NCBI RefSeq assembly: GCF_964213995.1
Contig: NC_135806.1
Coordinates: 93,124,001 to 93,188,000 of the forward strand
DNA from: Mustelus asterias
Lineage: Eukaryota
Reading direction: 5' to 3'
Length of the DNA: 64,000 bases
A program made the translations under genes and the position numbers. Positions 15,560 through 28,630 of this stretch are shown piece after piece. A model generated the notes under the pieces. It saw nothing but the letters and a program-made list of their open reading frames with translations. It searched no databases and was not told the origin of the DNA. How positions within the stretch are numbered: the stretch's first letter is position 1; every line of letters starts with the position of its first letter.

Positions 15560-16853
15560 CATCATTTGAGGAATAGTATGATCAGAAATAGCCAGCACGG
15601 CTTTGTCCAAGGCAGATCGTGCCTTACGAGCCTAATTGAATTTTTTGAAGATGTAACTATACACATAGACGAGGGAAGAGCGGTAGATGTAGTTTATATG
15701 GATTTCAGCAAGGTGTTTGATAAGGTGCCCCATGCAAGGCATATTGAGAAAGTGAAGGGGCATGGGATACAAGGGGACATTGCCTTGTGGATTCAGAACT
15801 GGCTTGTCCACAGAAGACAGAGTGGTTGTAGATGGGTCTCTTTCAGCATGGAGGTCGGTCACCAGTGGAGTGCCCCAAGGATCTGTTCTGGGACCCTTGC
15901 TCTTTGTGCTTTTTATAAATGACCTGGATGAGGAAGTGGAAAGATGGGTTCGCAAGTTTGCTGATGACACAAAGGTTGGTGGTGTTGTGGATAGTGTAGA
16001 GGGATGTCAGCAGTTGCAACGAGACATAGATAAGATGCAAGACTGGGCGGAGAAGTGGCAGATGGACTTCAACCCAGATAAGTGTGTGGTGGTTCATTTT
16101 GGCAGGTCGAATAGGATGAAAGAATATCATATTACGGGTAAGACGCTTGGCAGTGTGGAAGATCAGAAGGATCTTAGGGTCCGGGTTCATAGGACGCTCA
16201 AAGCAGCGTCACAGGTAGAGGTTGTGGTTAAGAAGGCGTATGGAATACTGGCCTTCATCAATAGAGGAATTGAGTTTAGAAATCGGGAGATAATGCTGCA
16301 GCTGTATAGGACCCTGGTCAGACCCCACCTGGAGTACTGTGCCCAGTTCTGGTCGCCTCATTACAGAAAGGATGTGGAAGTCACAGAAAGGGTGCAGAGG
16401 AGATTTACAAGAATGTTGCCTGGATTAGGTGGCATGCCTTATGAGGATAGGTTGAGAGAGCTAGGTCTTTTCTCCTTGGAGAAGCGAAGGATGAGAGGTG
16501 ACCTGATAGAGGTGTATAAGATGTTGAGAGGTATTGATAGAGTGGATTCTCAGAGGCTTTTACCCAGGGCTGTAATGGTTGCCACAAGAGATCACAGGTT
16601 TAGGGTGCTGGGGAGTAGGTACAGAGGAGATGTTAGGGGTAGGTTTTTCACTCAGAGGGTGGTGGGCGCATGGAATCGGCTGCCGGTAGTGGTGGTGGAG
16701 GCGGATTCGATAGGGTCTTTTAAGAGACTTTTGGATAAGTTCATGGAAGTTAGTAAGATAGAGGGGTATAGGTAAGCCTAGTAGGTAGGGACATGTTCGG
16801 CACAACTTGTGGGCCGAAGGGCCTTTTGTGCTGTAGCTTTTCTATGTTCTAAA
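15560..16853 (+). mobile_element. 5'-truncated CR1/HER1 LINE (RT domain and 3' UTR)
   Basis: ORFs 15548..15922 and 15762..16775 (one frameshift) encode SQHGF, DFSKVFDKVPH, GVPQGSVLGP, KFADDTK and RPHLEYC, ending in a ttctatgttcta tail. Confidence 0.95.
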
Positions 16854-17136
16854 TATTACATAACATTTTGGTTTATACTCGTTAATGTATACCATAGTTG
16901 GATTTTTTTTAATGCATTCTTAGCTTTTATAATTTTTGTGGTCAGAGAGAAAACAAAAGGATACAATGGTACTTTTCTAGACTACTTGTGTTTTCTAGTA
17001 CTGTTTCCAGCTTAAGAGTTTTTAATTCAGAATGGAGGGCAACTGGTCCATTTGTGGTCCAGCCACTGTACACTTACTGTTGCAGTTCTAGAAATTGTTA
17101 TCTCATCAGATATCCCAATAATTTAATTTGCATTGA

Positions 17137-17382
<246 letters not shown>

Positions 17383-18357
17383 TAGGAATTTTTAATGTGC
17401 TCTGTAACTACAAAAAGGAAGTGAATTGCTGTTCACCTGACGAAGTAGTAAGATGGTGTAATTCTTTGGGCCCATTGCTTCCATTATATGTCAAACATAA
17501 TGACACTATTAATCTAGACTATTGCCAGTAATTTTGGCAAATGTTCTCTCCCTGCCACATAATCAGCCATCTCAAAGGAATGCATTAAGAGGAGAGAAAA
17601 GAAAGTGAGCGTGAAATGAAGGGAAGAGGAAAAACAAAGGTAGCTAAAGTAAGTAAGAGAGAGTCTATTCTTCATTTCATGGTCTGCCTTGGGCCTTATT
17701 TGTATTATAAATTCTTTAGTCCACATTGACAATGGAAACTATAATCTTACTGCATAACTACTTCCTTCCCCAGCGTCAATGCTGACAAAAGGATATTGTT
17801 ACAATGTGACCAGTTGTAAAGGCAGGTACCATTATAAATTTGGACATAGGAATTTATCATGGGAGTATATGAAGGACAGGATATACAGCTTTAAAGTTGG
17901 ATTATGTGCCTTGTTCCAATTATTCCTCATTAGCTAAGATCACCCCTTATTAAAGACAACACTTGGTCTAAGTTCTCCTTGTGCATGATCCAATAGTCCA
18001 ATCACTATATGTGAAGTTCTGCTGCAATATTTCACCTAACTACTTGTGCTGGAGCTTTTGACATTGTAAAGGCCTACCACTTAACCAGCAGTATTAGTAA
18101 ATGATATTGTATTGAGAATCAGCATGCAGTTCCATTGCAAAACCACTGGATGTCGGCACAAAAATTTTTAAACCTTTATCATGGATTATTGATTTGAAGA
18201 CCAAAAGTCGTAGTGTTGTGCAAATAAACAAAATGTATAATTTAAATGTCTTACTGATAAGTCCTCATACTTCTGTTTAATAGTGTATAACTGTTATTGA
18301 GCAGATTGAATATCCTGACATGACAATCTTGATTAAATTGCATATGTTCAGTTATAA

Positions 18358-18465
<108 letters not shown>

Positions 18466-20093
18466 TAAGTTTCAGCATTCTTTCAGAACAAGGTCAATAT
18501 TTGTAAAATTTCTTCAAGCTATTTTAGGTGCTAGATAAAGGACACTTGAAGCAGAACTCTCTCTGTTAGTAAATGAGATAAATTCAGCACAGATCTAGCA
18601 GCTCAACTGGGCATCCATGCAGTATTATGGGCCATTAGCAGCAGCAGAATTGTATTCAACCACAATCTGTAAACCCCTTGCCAGGCATATCCCTCACTCT
18701 ACCAACAACCCTGGTTCAACGAGGAGTGCAGGAGAACATACCATAAGGAGCACCAGGCATCCCTAAAAATAAAGTGCCAACATGGTGAAGCTCCAGCACA
18801 AGACTATGTACATGTTAATGTGCACAGAGCTAATTGATTCCACAAGCTCTGCACACAATCGGTTGTGAATAGTGGTAGATAATTAAACAATTGAGCAGAG
18901 GAAGAGACTTCACAAACATCCCCATCCTCTATGACGGGGAGCCCAGCATCAATGTTCTCTCATTTTTCCCGTCTATATGCAGATTGAATTTTATTATGTG
19001 CAACAATATCATGGTGATGTGTGCCACCAGTAGAAATAAAAAAAACCTATATATAATGTTCAAAAGTTGCCCTAGGTATAGAAGAATAAAGTATACTACC
19101 CTTAGCCATTGACATGATAACATTCTAGTCCACAAGTGACCAGATTCACTGAATTCAACTTTAGATTTACGGTGGTGGTATTTGAATATACAATGTCCAG
19201 TTGTTTGTCCTATTATTATCAGACTATGTTATATCAATGTTAAAATTTCATTGAGATCCTTGAGTGAAATAGCTAATCTGTTTATGTAGCTGTAATCATG
19301 AGGTCAGACTGATTTTTTTTTTTGAGGGGTGGAAGAAAATCAAAGCCATGGGCATATTTCACACCAACTCCTCTGAAATTCACTTGTACAATGCAAAATA
19401 GCACTTTATTGATTGGATGATGTAGCTAATGAATCTGAAGACTTTTCCATTTCCCAATACTGTTCAGTCCCATGAGCGTGCCAGACGTAACAACCTGGCA
19501 GCCAAATTATTTCATTGTCACTATCTTTTCAAAAAAGTCCTATCATCACTCACTATTAAAAAATATATATAACAATTGTATTGAAAACATATATAACGCA
19601 TGCTATACCATTTCATTATGAATTGTGAAACTGGCAACACCTTTTGAACTTTCATACAGTCCCCAACTTCAAACCATGGTTCCCCCCGCTAGTTCATTAC
19701 ACCTCTTTGTTGGTATGAATCATGTCACCTTCCAAAACCAGCCAGTGCTAAAAATCGCACAAGTTCTGAAATACCCACTTTGCAATGACACTGGCAACAT
19801 AGGGCATCAAGATGTGGGATTCTATCACTCCACCTTATCCCTGGCTGCTGAAAATTGCTGGGAATGGGGACACAAATCCTAGATTTAACCTTCCCAACTA
19901 CTTTTGCGCACGGCAGAACTGGAAAAGTAAGCCCAATGTGTGCAGATATATAGAGTTTTTCAGTAAACTCTCCAGAAAGTTGCTATTAAATTGTTGAGTG
20001 TGTTATCAAAGCCTTGGGCAATGTATATTTACGGATTTGGAATGCTTTCACCATTTATATTTTTCAGCCGTCATACTGGAGTCTTTTAAATAT

Positions 20094-20640
20094 GATGTGG
20101 AGATGCCGGCGTTGGACTGGGGTAAACACAGTAAGAAGTTTAACAACACCAGGTTAAAGTCCAACAGGTTTATTTGGTAGCAAAAGCCACACAAGCTTTC
20201 GAAGCTCTAAGCCCCTTCTTCAGGTGAGTGGGAATTCTGTTCACAAACAGAGCTTATAAAGACACAGACTCAATTTACATGAATAATGGTTGGAATGCGA
20301 ATACTTACAACTAATCAAGTCTTTAAGAAACAAAACAATGGGAGTGGAGAGAGCATCAAGACAGGCTAAAAAGATGTGTATTGTGACAATACACATCTTT
20401 TTAGCCTGTCTTGATGCTCTCTCCACTCCCATTGTTTTGTTTCTTAAAGACTTGATTAGTTGTAAGTATTCGCATTCCAACCATTATTCATGTAAATTGA
20501 GTCTGTGTCTTTATAAGCTCTGTTTGTGAACAGAATTCCCACTCACCTGAAGAAGGGGCTTAGAGCTTCGAAAGCTTGTGTGGCTTTTGCTACCAAATAA
20601 ACCTGTTGGACTTTAACCTGGTGTTGTTAAACTTCTTACT
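20094..20640 (-). mobile_element. Fold-back Penelope-like terminal-repeat insertion (perfect palindrome 20128..20642, 13-bp TSD)
   Basis: 257-bp perfect inverted arms centred on G20385, flanked by GTCTTTTAAATAT at 20081..20093 and 20641..20653. The tail is shared with elements ending at 24528 and 46248. Confidence 0.85.
20541..20580 (+). ncRNA. Minimal hammerhead ribozyme motif (mirror copy on minus at 20190..20229)
   Basis: cac CTGAAGA a GGGGC ttaga GCTTC GAAA gc TT gtg: core boxes, 5-bp stem II, palindromic AAGCTT in the stem III position, cac/gtg stem I. Confidence 0.7.
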
Positions 20641-20820
20641 GTCTTTTAAATATCCAGAGAACATGCAAGAATTTCACTTAAATCAGGGTGCTTGCTAGTT
20701 TATAACTTAAAAACATTTTTCATCGAAACTAAAAGTTCCAATTTGTAAGGAAAATCAGACTAAGTAGAATGCATACTTCTGTATTGAAAAAGTTAATTGA
20801 ACATCCAAGATGTTGAATAG

Positions 20821-21030
<210 letters not shown>

Positions 21031-22065
21031 TAAATAGAAAACCAAAAATTAGATTTTTTTTTATTGCTTTCTATTTTGGTGAAGTAACTGCAGGTTTGGA
21101 ATTTATGTTTTTCTGTTTCTCACATATAATTCAACATTGGTGTTCTGTCTCTTGTTGCAATTATTTCTGCACTCCTGTAAAGGCACGTTATCGAAGTAAC
21201 TTTGCATAAAGATACATTATCGAAGTTTGCATTTTGCGTGCAATTCTTTGATTCATATAAAGTTCATGGTATTTGTGCACAGTGATTATGATCCAGTGGA
21301 AAAGCACAAACATAACAAAACTGGAAAATGTAAGAAATATATACACAACGTAGAAGCTCCTGACAAATGTTTTGGGTCGACATCCTTTTTTTATCAGGAG
21401 TTCTGATGAAGGGTTTCCATGCAAACATTAAGTTTTTTTCTCAAGTAGCTGTGGATTCATTCCATGCTTTCTGCTCTTATATTGAACTTTCAGAATCCTT
21501 AGGTTTCTTTCCTTTAATTTTATTCTGTTGAGACAAAGTTTCTAGTATTTAGTTTTCAGTGACTGGAGCAAATAATGTTAGTGTGGTAGATGTGCTCTCA
21601 ATTTCCTGTATGATGAATTCTTAATGCCACCTTACATAGAAGGCATGAAGCAAGATACGTTTCAAGAGAAAGAGAAATTAGATTGAAAGAGAGGGAGAAA
21701 GAATCCCTCAACTAATTTTCCTTACAATTCAAATGGCATTCCTATTTTTGCATGTGAAACTGCATTTGGGAATGGGGTTTAATAAGAGGGACATTGGTAA
21801 TTAAAATATAAAGCCAAAAGTTAATCATGATTGGGAAATAACATCTTCAGTATACTCTCCAGAAATTTAGTTTGCAGAAACATGAGCAATTTCATTTTTC
21901 TAAGGTATTGGCACCCAAAAGAATAAATCATGAGCTTTTATTGGATGTTGTATTGCGTTTCTGCAAACGAAAAAGCAGAATGTTAATGGAATTTTTGTGA
22001 AAAATGAAAATCTGCAGGGAGATTTTAAGAAATGGTTTTAATGGCAGCTTTGTCCAACTCTGTAA

Positions 22066-22206
<141 letters not shown>

Positions 22207-22846
22207 TAAATTTATTTTATCATCTTGTGGAATTTAATATTGTAGATTTATGTTGACCTTTTTGGATGTAAATAAGCAACTCTCTCCATACTTTAATCTT
22301 AAGAAGATGTTGAAAAATTGTGATTTTTCTGTCCATCCAATAATACATTTCTAACAACCATTTAGCAGTATAGAATTTGAATATTGCTAAAAAAGTGAGA
22401 CATGTTGCTGAAAGCTTTAGTCTTGCATTCAAATACAAGGATGCAAAATTTAAAATAATCGCATGTTTGTACCACAAGTTAGTTGGCAGGCCAATCTGAT
22501 TCAAATTATCCAAGAAAAACAAAATATCTAAAATTTGAACAACAGGTTAAGCTGCTACTATGCAGTAGTGATGCAAAGGTATTTCCCATTAATTGGATGC
22601 TGCCAGTCCAAAAATACGTTATGCCTATCACACAACTGAGCACGGTTGCATATAAATTTCAGTGCTGATGTGATTCCAGGTACGTAGGTTGTGCATCCCA
22701 TTGACTGGCTGATCAAATCAAACAGCATGTTCTCCAGTTGTTCATAATAAGCAGAGTACAGAATGTACTCAACAGCCCGAGGTTGCAAAACCCAAACCAA
22801 AACATCTACTGTTAGATGTGATTCCAGAGCCATAAAGGGTGTAGAA

Positions 22847-23572
22847 CCATAAAGGGTGTAGATATGCAGAGGGACCTGGGTGTGCAAGTCCACAGATCCT
22901 TGAAGGTGACGTCACAGGTGGAGAAGGTGGTGAAGAAGGCATATGGCATGCTTGCCTTTATAGGACGGGGCATAGAGTATAAAAGTTGGGGTCTGATGTT
23001 GCAGATGTATCGAACGTTGGTTCGGCCGCATTTGGAATACTGCGTCCAGTTCTGGTCGCCACACTACCAGAAGGACGTGGAGGCTTTGGAGAGAGTACAG
23101 AGGAGGTTTACCAGGATGTTGTCTGGTATGGAGGGGCTTAGTTATGAGGAGAGATTGGGTAAACTGGGGTTGTTCTCCCCGGAAAGATGGAGGATGAGGG
23201 AAGACTTAATAGAGGTGTATAAAATTATGAAAGGCATAGATAGGGTGAACGGTGGGAAGCTTTTCCCCAGGTCGGTGGTGACGTTCACGAGGGGTCATAG
23301 GTTCAAGGTGAAGGGGGGGGGGGGGAGGTTTAACACATATCAGAAGGACATATTTTACACAGAGGGTGGTGGGGGCCTGGAATGCGCTGCCAGGCAAGGT
23401 GGTGGAGGCGGACACACTGGGAACGTTTAAGACTTATCTAGATAGCCATATGAACGGAGTGGGAATGGAGGGATACAAAAGAATGGTCTAGTTGGACTAG
23501 GGAGCGGCACGGGCTTGGAGGGCCGAAGGGCCTGTTCCTGTGTTGTATTGTTCTTTGTTCTTTGTTTTCTTT
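22847..23572 (+). mobile_element. 5'-truncated CR1/HER1 LINE
   Basis: ORF 22864..23430 encodes QRDLGVQVH..RPHLEYCVQFWSP..LERVQRRFTRM and ends in a (ttctttg)n tail. Confidence 0.93.
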
Positions 23573-23739
23573 GTTCACCCTTGAGCAGCAGTTGCTCAAC
23601 AATCCTGAGTGTTAATAGCTACACAAACAACCAGTTTAACATAATCAGTCAAGCTTGTTATGTGGCTTATTTACATTTTATTGCAAAGAAATATACTCAA
23701 GGTTCTTTGAATTACCCTGAAGCCTATATTTCCCTATTG

Positions 23740-24528
23740 CTTTCTCCATGGTAACACCGTGGCCAATCAGAGTTGAATTGCCCACCAACCCACATCCTTT
23801 CCTCCTGTCGTATAAATTGTTATAATCATTTGAATTTGGCATGTTTTTGTCCTGATGCCTGCAAGATGAGAAGCTTTGGCAACATGTCTCTCTTTTCAGC
23901 AGTATATAGCTTTGCTGTATGCAATCCATTTCTTGAGTATTACTTGCATCTTGGCACTCATCAGGACAGTTCGCAAGAATACCATTAGAAAAGCGAATAA
24001 CAATTCATACTGTATGAGAAGAGAGTGCGCAGGCATAGTATAGGCGGATTGACGATAGCCTGACACCCAACGGTAATCAAGAGTGTGATCAAGAGTTTGT
24101 TTTGGATGAGGTGGGAGACAGCTACTCCCTGGTTTAGCAAGTGGACTCTGGTAGAGGCGTTGCCATGGAGAATGCACCAGAGTACGGTTAACTTCCAAGC
24201 TTTAGTTAAAATTCAAACCAGGCAGGTCGACTTAATTGGTCAAGACGTTGCCACGGAGCATGAACCAGGGAGTAGCTGTCTCCCACCTCATCCAAAACAA
24301 ACTCTTGATCACACTCTTGATTACCATTGGGTGTCAGGCTATCGTCAATCTGCCTATACTGTGCCTGTGTATCTCTCTCCAATTCATTTGACGAAGGAGA
24401 AGCACTCTGAAAGCTTGTGATTTTAAATGAACATGTTGGACTATAATCTGCTATCTGTTGGACTATAACCTGCTGTTGTGTGACCTCTCATCCTGTCCAC
24501 CCCAGTCCAACACCGGCATCTCCACATC
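23740..24528. mobile_element. Composite of Penelope-like terminal repeats with 107-bp inverted repeats
   Basis: Inverted arms at 24028..24134 and 24263..24369, a hammerhead-like motif at 24384..24420, and the tail ccagtccaacaccggcatctccacatc. Confidence 0.6.
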
Positions 24529-24539
24529 ACTAATGAACT

Positions 24540-25530
24540 AATCGCGTACCACTTATATGCTGATAACATCCAGCTCTTCCTCATTGCCACATCTCTGATT
24601 TGTAACAGCGTCCAGTATTGGATTAGCAGAAATTCCCTCCAAATAATTATTGGAAAGGCTGAAGCCACTGTCTTTAGTTCCCACCACAAGCTCTGTTGCT
24701 TAACAAGCAACTCCATGCTGCTTTCTGGCAACTGAGGCTGTACCGGACTGTTTGCAATCTTGATATCATATTTGACCCTCAGATGAGTCTCCAACCAAAT
24801 ATCCACTCCATCACCAAAACCACCTACATAGCGCCACCCAGCTTCTCCCCCTCCCATCCCCTTGCCTTGAATTATCTGCGTTGAAACCATCATCCATGCC
24901 TTTCTTACCCCCAAGCTTCACTATTCCATTGCTCTCTTGGCCATGACCCATCTCCAACTCTTCAGAGACTCATCCAAAATTCTACTGTCGTGCTAATTGG
25001 GTCAAGCCCTGCTCTCTATCCTCATTGACTCGCAGTTCTGCAACACCTTTAAAATTCTCATCCTTGCTTTTAGATCCCTCCATTGCCTTGCTCCTTGCCT
25101 ATCTATGTAACTTCCTCCAGCCTTTACCAATGATCACTCTAAATTTTCTTCATTGTACACAACATAATTATTTCGGTGGACAGTATCTTTACGTTTATTT
25201 GCATTGTATCTTAGAGGGACAGCTTACGAGCAGTGTGCAATTTTACTGGCAACTGTACATGTGTGCAGCTTAGAGCGATCATTATAACAATTCGAAATCT
25301 CTGCAGTCCTCCAGTTGTGGGTTTTTGCATATTCCTGATTTTAAACGCTCCAACATTGTGGCCATGCCTTCAGCTGTCTAGGCCCTTAGCTGTGCATTTT
25401 GCTTCGTAAGCTTCTCTGCTTCTCTACCTCATTCTTGCCCCAGCATCTTTGTGTGGCTTGGTGTCAAACTTTGTTTACTAACCCCCTGAAAAACCTTGGG
25501 ATGCTTACAATGTTAAAGATGCATTATGAA
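24540..25530 (+). mobile_element. Old L2-like LINE fragment
   Basis: HLYADNIQL (decayed YADD), LRLYRTVCNLDIIFDPQMS, and an L2-like 3' end. Confidence 0.7.
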
Positions 25531-26015
25531 AGCAAATTAACATCACGTTGCATCATCTGCGTCTGAAGGACATGATTCAATTTTTCACTCCTATTTTGAG
25601 TATTATAACTCTGAGTTTGTCAATGAATTAAAGCAGGAAAGAAATTAGACTAAAACAATAATGCATTCTTGGACCATAAATTTGGTTAAATATTATTGAC
25701 AAAAAATGACTGGCTAAAAAATTATACATTAATGGAATTGTTCCTCTTGGTGTCACCAATTCATTTTTGAAAACCGCTTAATGCATTTGTTGGGAGCTGG
25801 TGGATATCCCTCTATAGTCTTGTGTGAAGTTATGATGCATACAGGAATGTTTAAGCTTTGAGTACATTAGTTCTTATCTCATTCCTCAACTGTAATGCTT
25901 ATTTCACTTTCCCGCTCACTCCATTCTTGCTTTGCAACAGGAAACAAATTTAGTATTGCGACATGTATTCCTCTTTGTATTAACAGTATCTGGATTCTGT
26001 CTCCATTTTCTTTAG

Positions 26016-26522
26016 GAAGGAGACTTCACTGGATGTGGAGATTGCAGTTAGTGGTTACACTAAAGAGCTCCAAGAAGATGCTGAGCTGCTGCATGCTTCA
26101 GGCCCTGAACAGGAAGGCATTGAAACTGAATTTTCAGATGATTTGGATGATGGTGAAAGTCATTTTTCAAATAAAACATCTGAAAACAAGGATTTCTTTT
26201 CTGAAACAAAAACAGATCCTGAAGGATTTCCTAGTTCTGATTGGAACATTGCTGAAAAAATACATGAGGAAGATGCAGAGAAGAATGAAATTGAAAATAT
26301 TGATCTGGGGAATCTGAAAATAAATGTAGACGATGTTGAAAGACAGTGTACTGAATCATTTTGTGCTGTTGAACTCCCTGGAATTGTTGCAGAACATAAT
26401 CCTGAACATGCCACTGAAACAGCACATCATATAGGTGGGAGTGATGAAGGTACAAGAGATGAAGATGAATGCCCAGAGTTAGTTGATCTGTCAACCCAAA
26501 ACAAGGAGTTTAGACCTTTCAG
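26016..26522 (+). CDS. RIOK2: RIO kinase 2, exon 8 (LDVEIAVSGYTKEL, acidic linker, DECPELVDLSTQNKEFRPF)
   Basis: tttag acceptor, AG|gtact donor, 507 nt open in phase. Conserved ends flank a low-complexity acidic region. Confidence 0.93.
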
Positions 26523-26679
26523 GTACTAATTCAGCAGAGTGTAACCTGCCCTGTGTAGTGTTTTGTATTTTCTTGTCGGTTTTCCTTTGTTATAGTGTAT
26601 TATTTAGATTTAAAATATTTTATATATTACACGTGTGTGTTATAGATATACATTGTATGCGAACATACATGTATATGAA

Positions 26680-26860
26680 TTAGGAGGAGGCCACTTGATC
26701 CCTCAAGCCTGCAGCGCCACTTAGGTAAGTTCATGGCAGATGTGATTGTAACCTCAGCTTCTCATTCCCGTCTATCCCCCAAAAACATTTTGTGCCCCCT
26801 TATCAAGAAAGTAGCTCTGCCTTAAAAATATTCAAAGACTCTGCTTCCACTACCTTTTTT
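26680..26860 (-). mobile_element. CR1 3' end fragment
   Basis: aattaggaggaggccac..ccctcaagcctg..tctgccttaaaaatattcaaaga is the reverse complement of a CR1 3' region. Confidence 0.6.
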
Positions 26861-27552
26861 GAGAAAAGGAGTTCCTTGCGAGGTGTATATTTTATATATG
26901 ATAGAAATAGATCTATATATAACACTGTTATTTTGTACATAACTTCTTGGTTTGCAGGTTTGGGAGCAGTTGATGCACCAAACCCAGAATTTTTTTCTTT
27001 CATCTCTGACATCCAAAGTGATCTGCAGACCAATTTTCTGATCAGTATTTTGAGTAGTTGTGCAAGGCATTAATAAACTGCACCATTGAAGTGACTCCGT
27101 GGTTCGAGTAGTCTCTTGCATAATGGAGACTGGAATTTACATGATTTTTGGGGGGCAGTTATTATCATCAATTTATTTTCCAGGAAAATTTTGAAACTGT
27201 GTAGTTTTCAGTTTGAGGAAGAAAGTGATACTTTTATTCCCACCAACTCATTTTTAATGTAGAATTTGTCGTCTCCTGGAGCTCAATTCTGTTCTTGGTG
27301 ATATCCATGTGCAGGAGTCATCGGATAGTGATGACAACTAGGGACTTCTATTTCTTGGACACTTCCATCATGCCTAGTAAAATAAATGACCTATGGCGAT
27401 AGATCGTTCAATTTGGAATCTTGTCATTATGGATAGTGAGTGTCAGCACAAAGTCAGCATTTGGGCAGTTCTCTCTTTTGGATTTGTAAGATGATGGATA
27501 ATGGCTTGTGCTGGTTACATACATTAATATTAATACTGGTCTGACGAAGGAT

Positions 27553-27860
27553 CATAGAATCCTACAGTGCAGAAAGAGGCCATTCGGCCCATCGAGTCTG
27601 CACCAACCACAATCCCACCCAGGCCCTATCCCCATATCCCTACATATTTACCCACTGATCCTTCTAACCTATGCATCCAGGGACACTAAGGGGCAATTTA
27701 GAATGGCCAATCAACCTAGCCCTCACATCTTTGGACTGTGGGAGGAAACCGGAGCACCCGGAGGAAACTCATGCAGACCCAGGGAGAATGTGTAAACTCC
27801 ACACAGACAGTGACCCGAGCCGGGATTCGAACCCAGGTCCCTGGAGCTGTGAAGCAGCAG
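27553..27860 (-). mobile_element. HE1-like V-SINE inserted into a PLE terminal repeat
   Basis: Reverse complement of the V-domain and tRNA head. The flanks join into ctgacgaagg.tcatcctgactccgaaacgttgg. Confidence 0.88.
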
Positions 27861-28044
27861 TCATCCTGACTCCGAAACGTTGGCTCTATTCTCTCTCCAC
27901 AGATGCTGTCACACCTGCTGAGATTTTCCAGCATTTTCAGCTTTTGTTTTAGATTTCAGCATCCACAGTATTTTGCTTTTAGATTAATATTGCTGTTTTC
28001 ACATCCGAGCAGTAGACATTCAGATTTTTTTGTGTGAGGAATAT

Positions 28045-28365
28045 AGTGCCTCACAGCACTAGGGACCTGGGTTTGATTTCAGCCTTGGGTGACTGTGGGG
28101 AATTTGCACATCCTCCCTATGTCTGCATGGGTTTCCTCCCACAGTCCAAAGATGTGCAGGCTAGGTGGATTGGCCATGCTAAATTGCCCTTAGTGTCCAA
28201 AGATATGTTGGTTAGATGGATTAGCCATGATAAATGTGCCGGGTTACAGGGATAGGACGGAGGGGAAGACTTGGGTGGGATGCCCTTTCAAAGTGTCAGT
28301 GCAAACTTGATGGGCCAGATGGCCTCTTCCTGCACTGTAGGGATTCTATGATTCTGTCATTCTAT
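28045..28365 (+). mobile_element. HE1-like V-SINE
   Basis: gcctcacagcactagggacctgggtttgatt, V-domain, and a ttctatgattc tail. Confidence 0.85.
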
Positions 28366-28533
28366 GGAACACTGAATATGTAAGCCAAATGGAGCATATT
28401 GATTTGTGTTTTAGTACACTGTTTCTCAGATTCATCTACAGTAGATCCCATAATATATTTTTATGGTTTATTAATGTGTCATAGTTAGTGTTGCCAAATT
28501 CAGTGACTTGTGAATACTTTTTCCATTCTGTAG

Positions 28534-28630
28534 AAATGAACTAAGCGTGATGCACACAAATGAGCACAGACAGAGGACCACCAGTACAAGTTCAGTAGGC
28601 AGCTTTCTGAGTACTTCAACTATTCCTCCA
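28534..28630 (+). CDS. RIOK2: RIO kinase 2, exon 9 (NELSVMHTNEHRQRTTSTSSVGSFLSTSTIPP)
   Basis: ctgtag acceptor, CCA|gtaagt donor, 97 nt, STIPP motif. Phase fits exons 8 and 10. Confidence 0.92.

Noticed and set aside
20241-20529. Two identical 79-aa ORFs on opposite strands
   Set aside because: They are a by-product of the perfect palindrome. The start is non-ATG and there is no protein homology.
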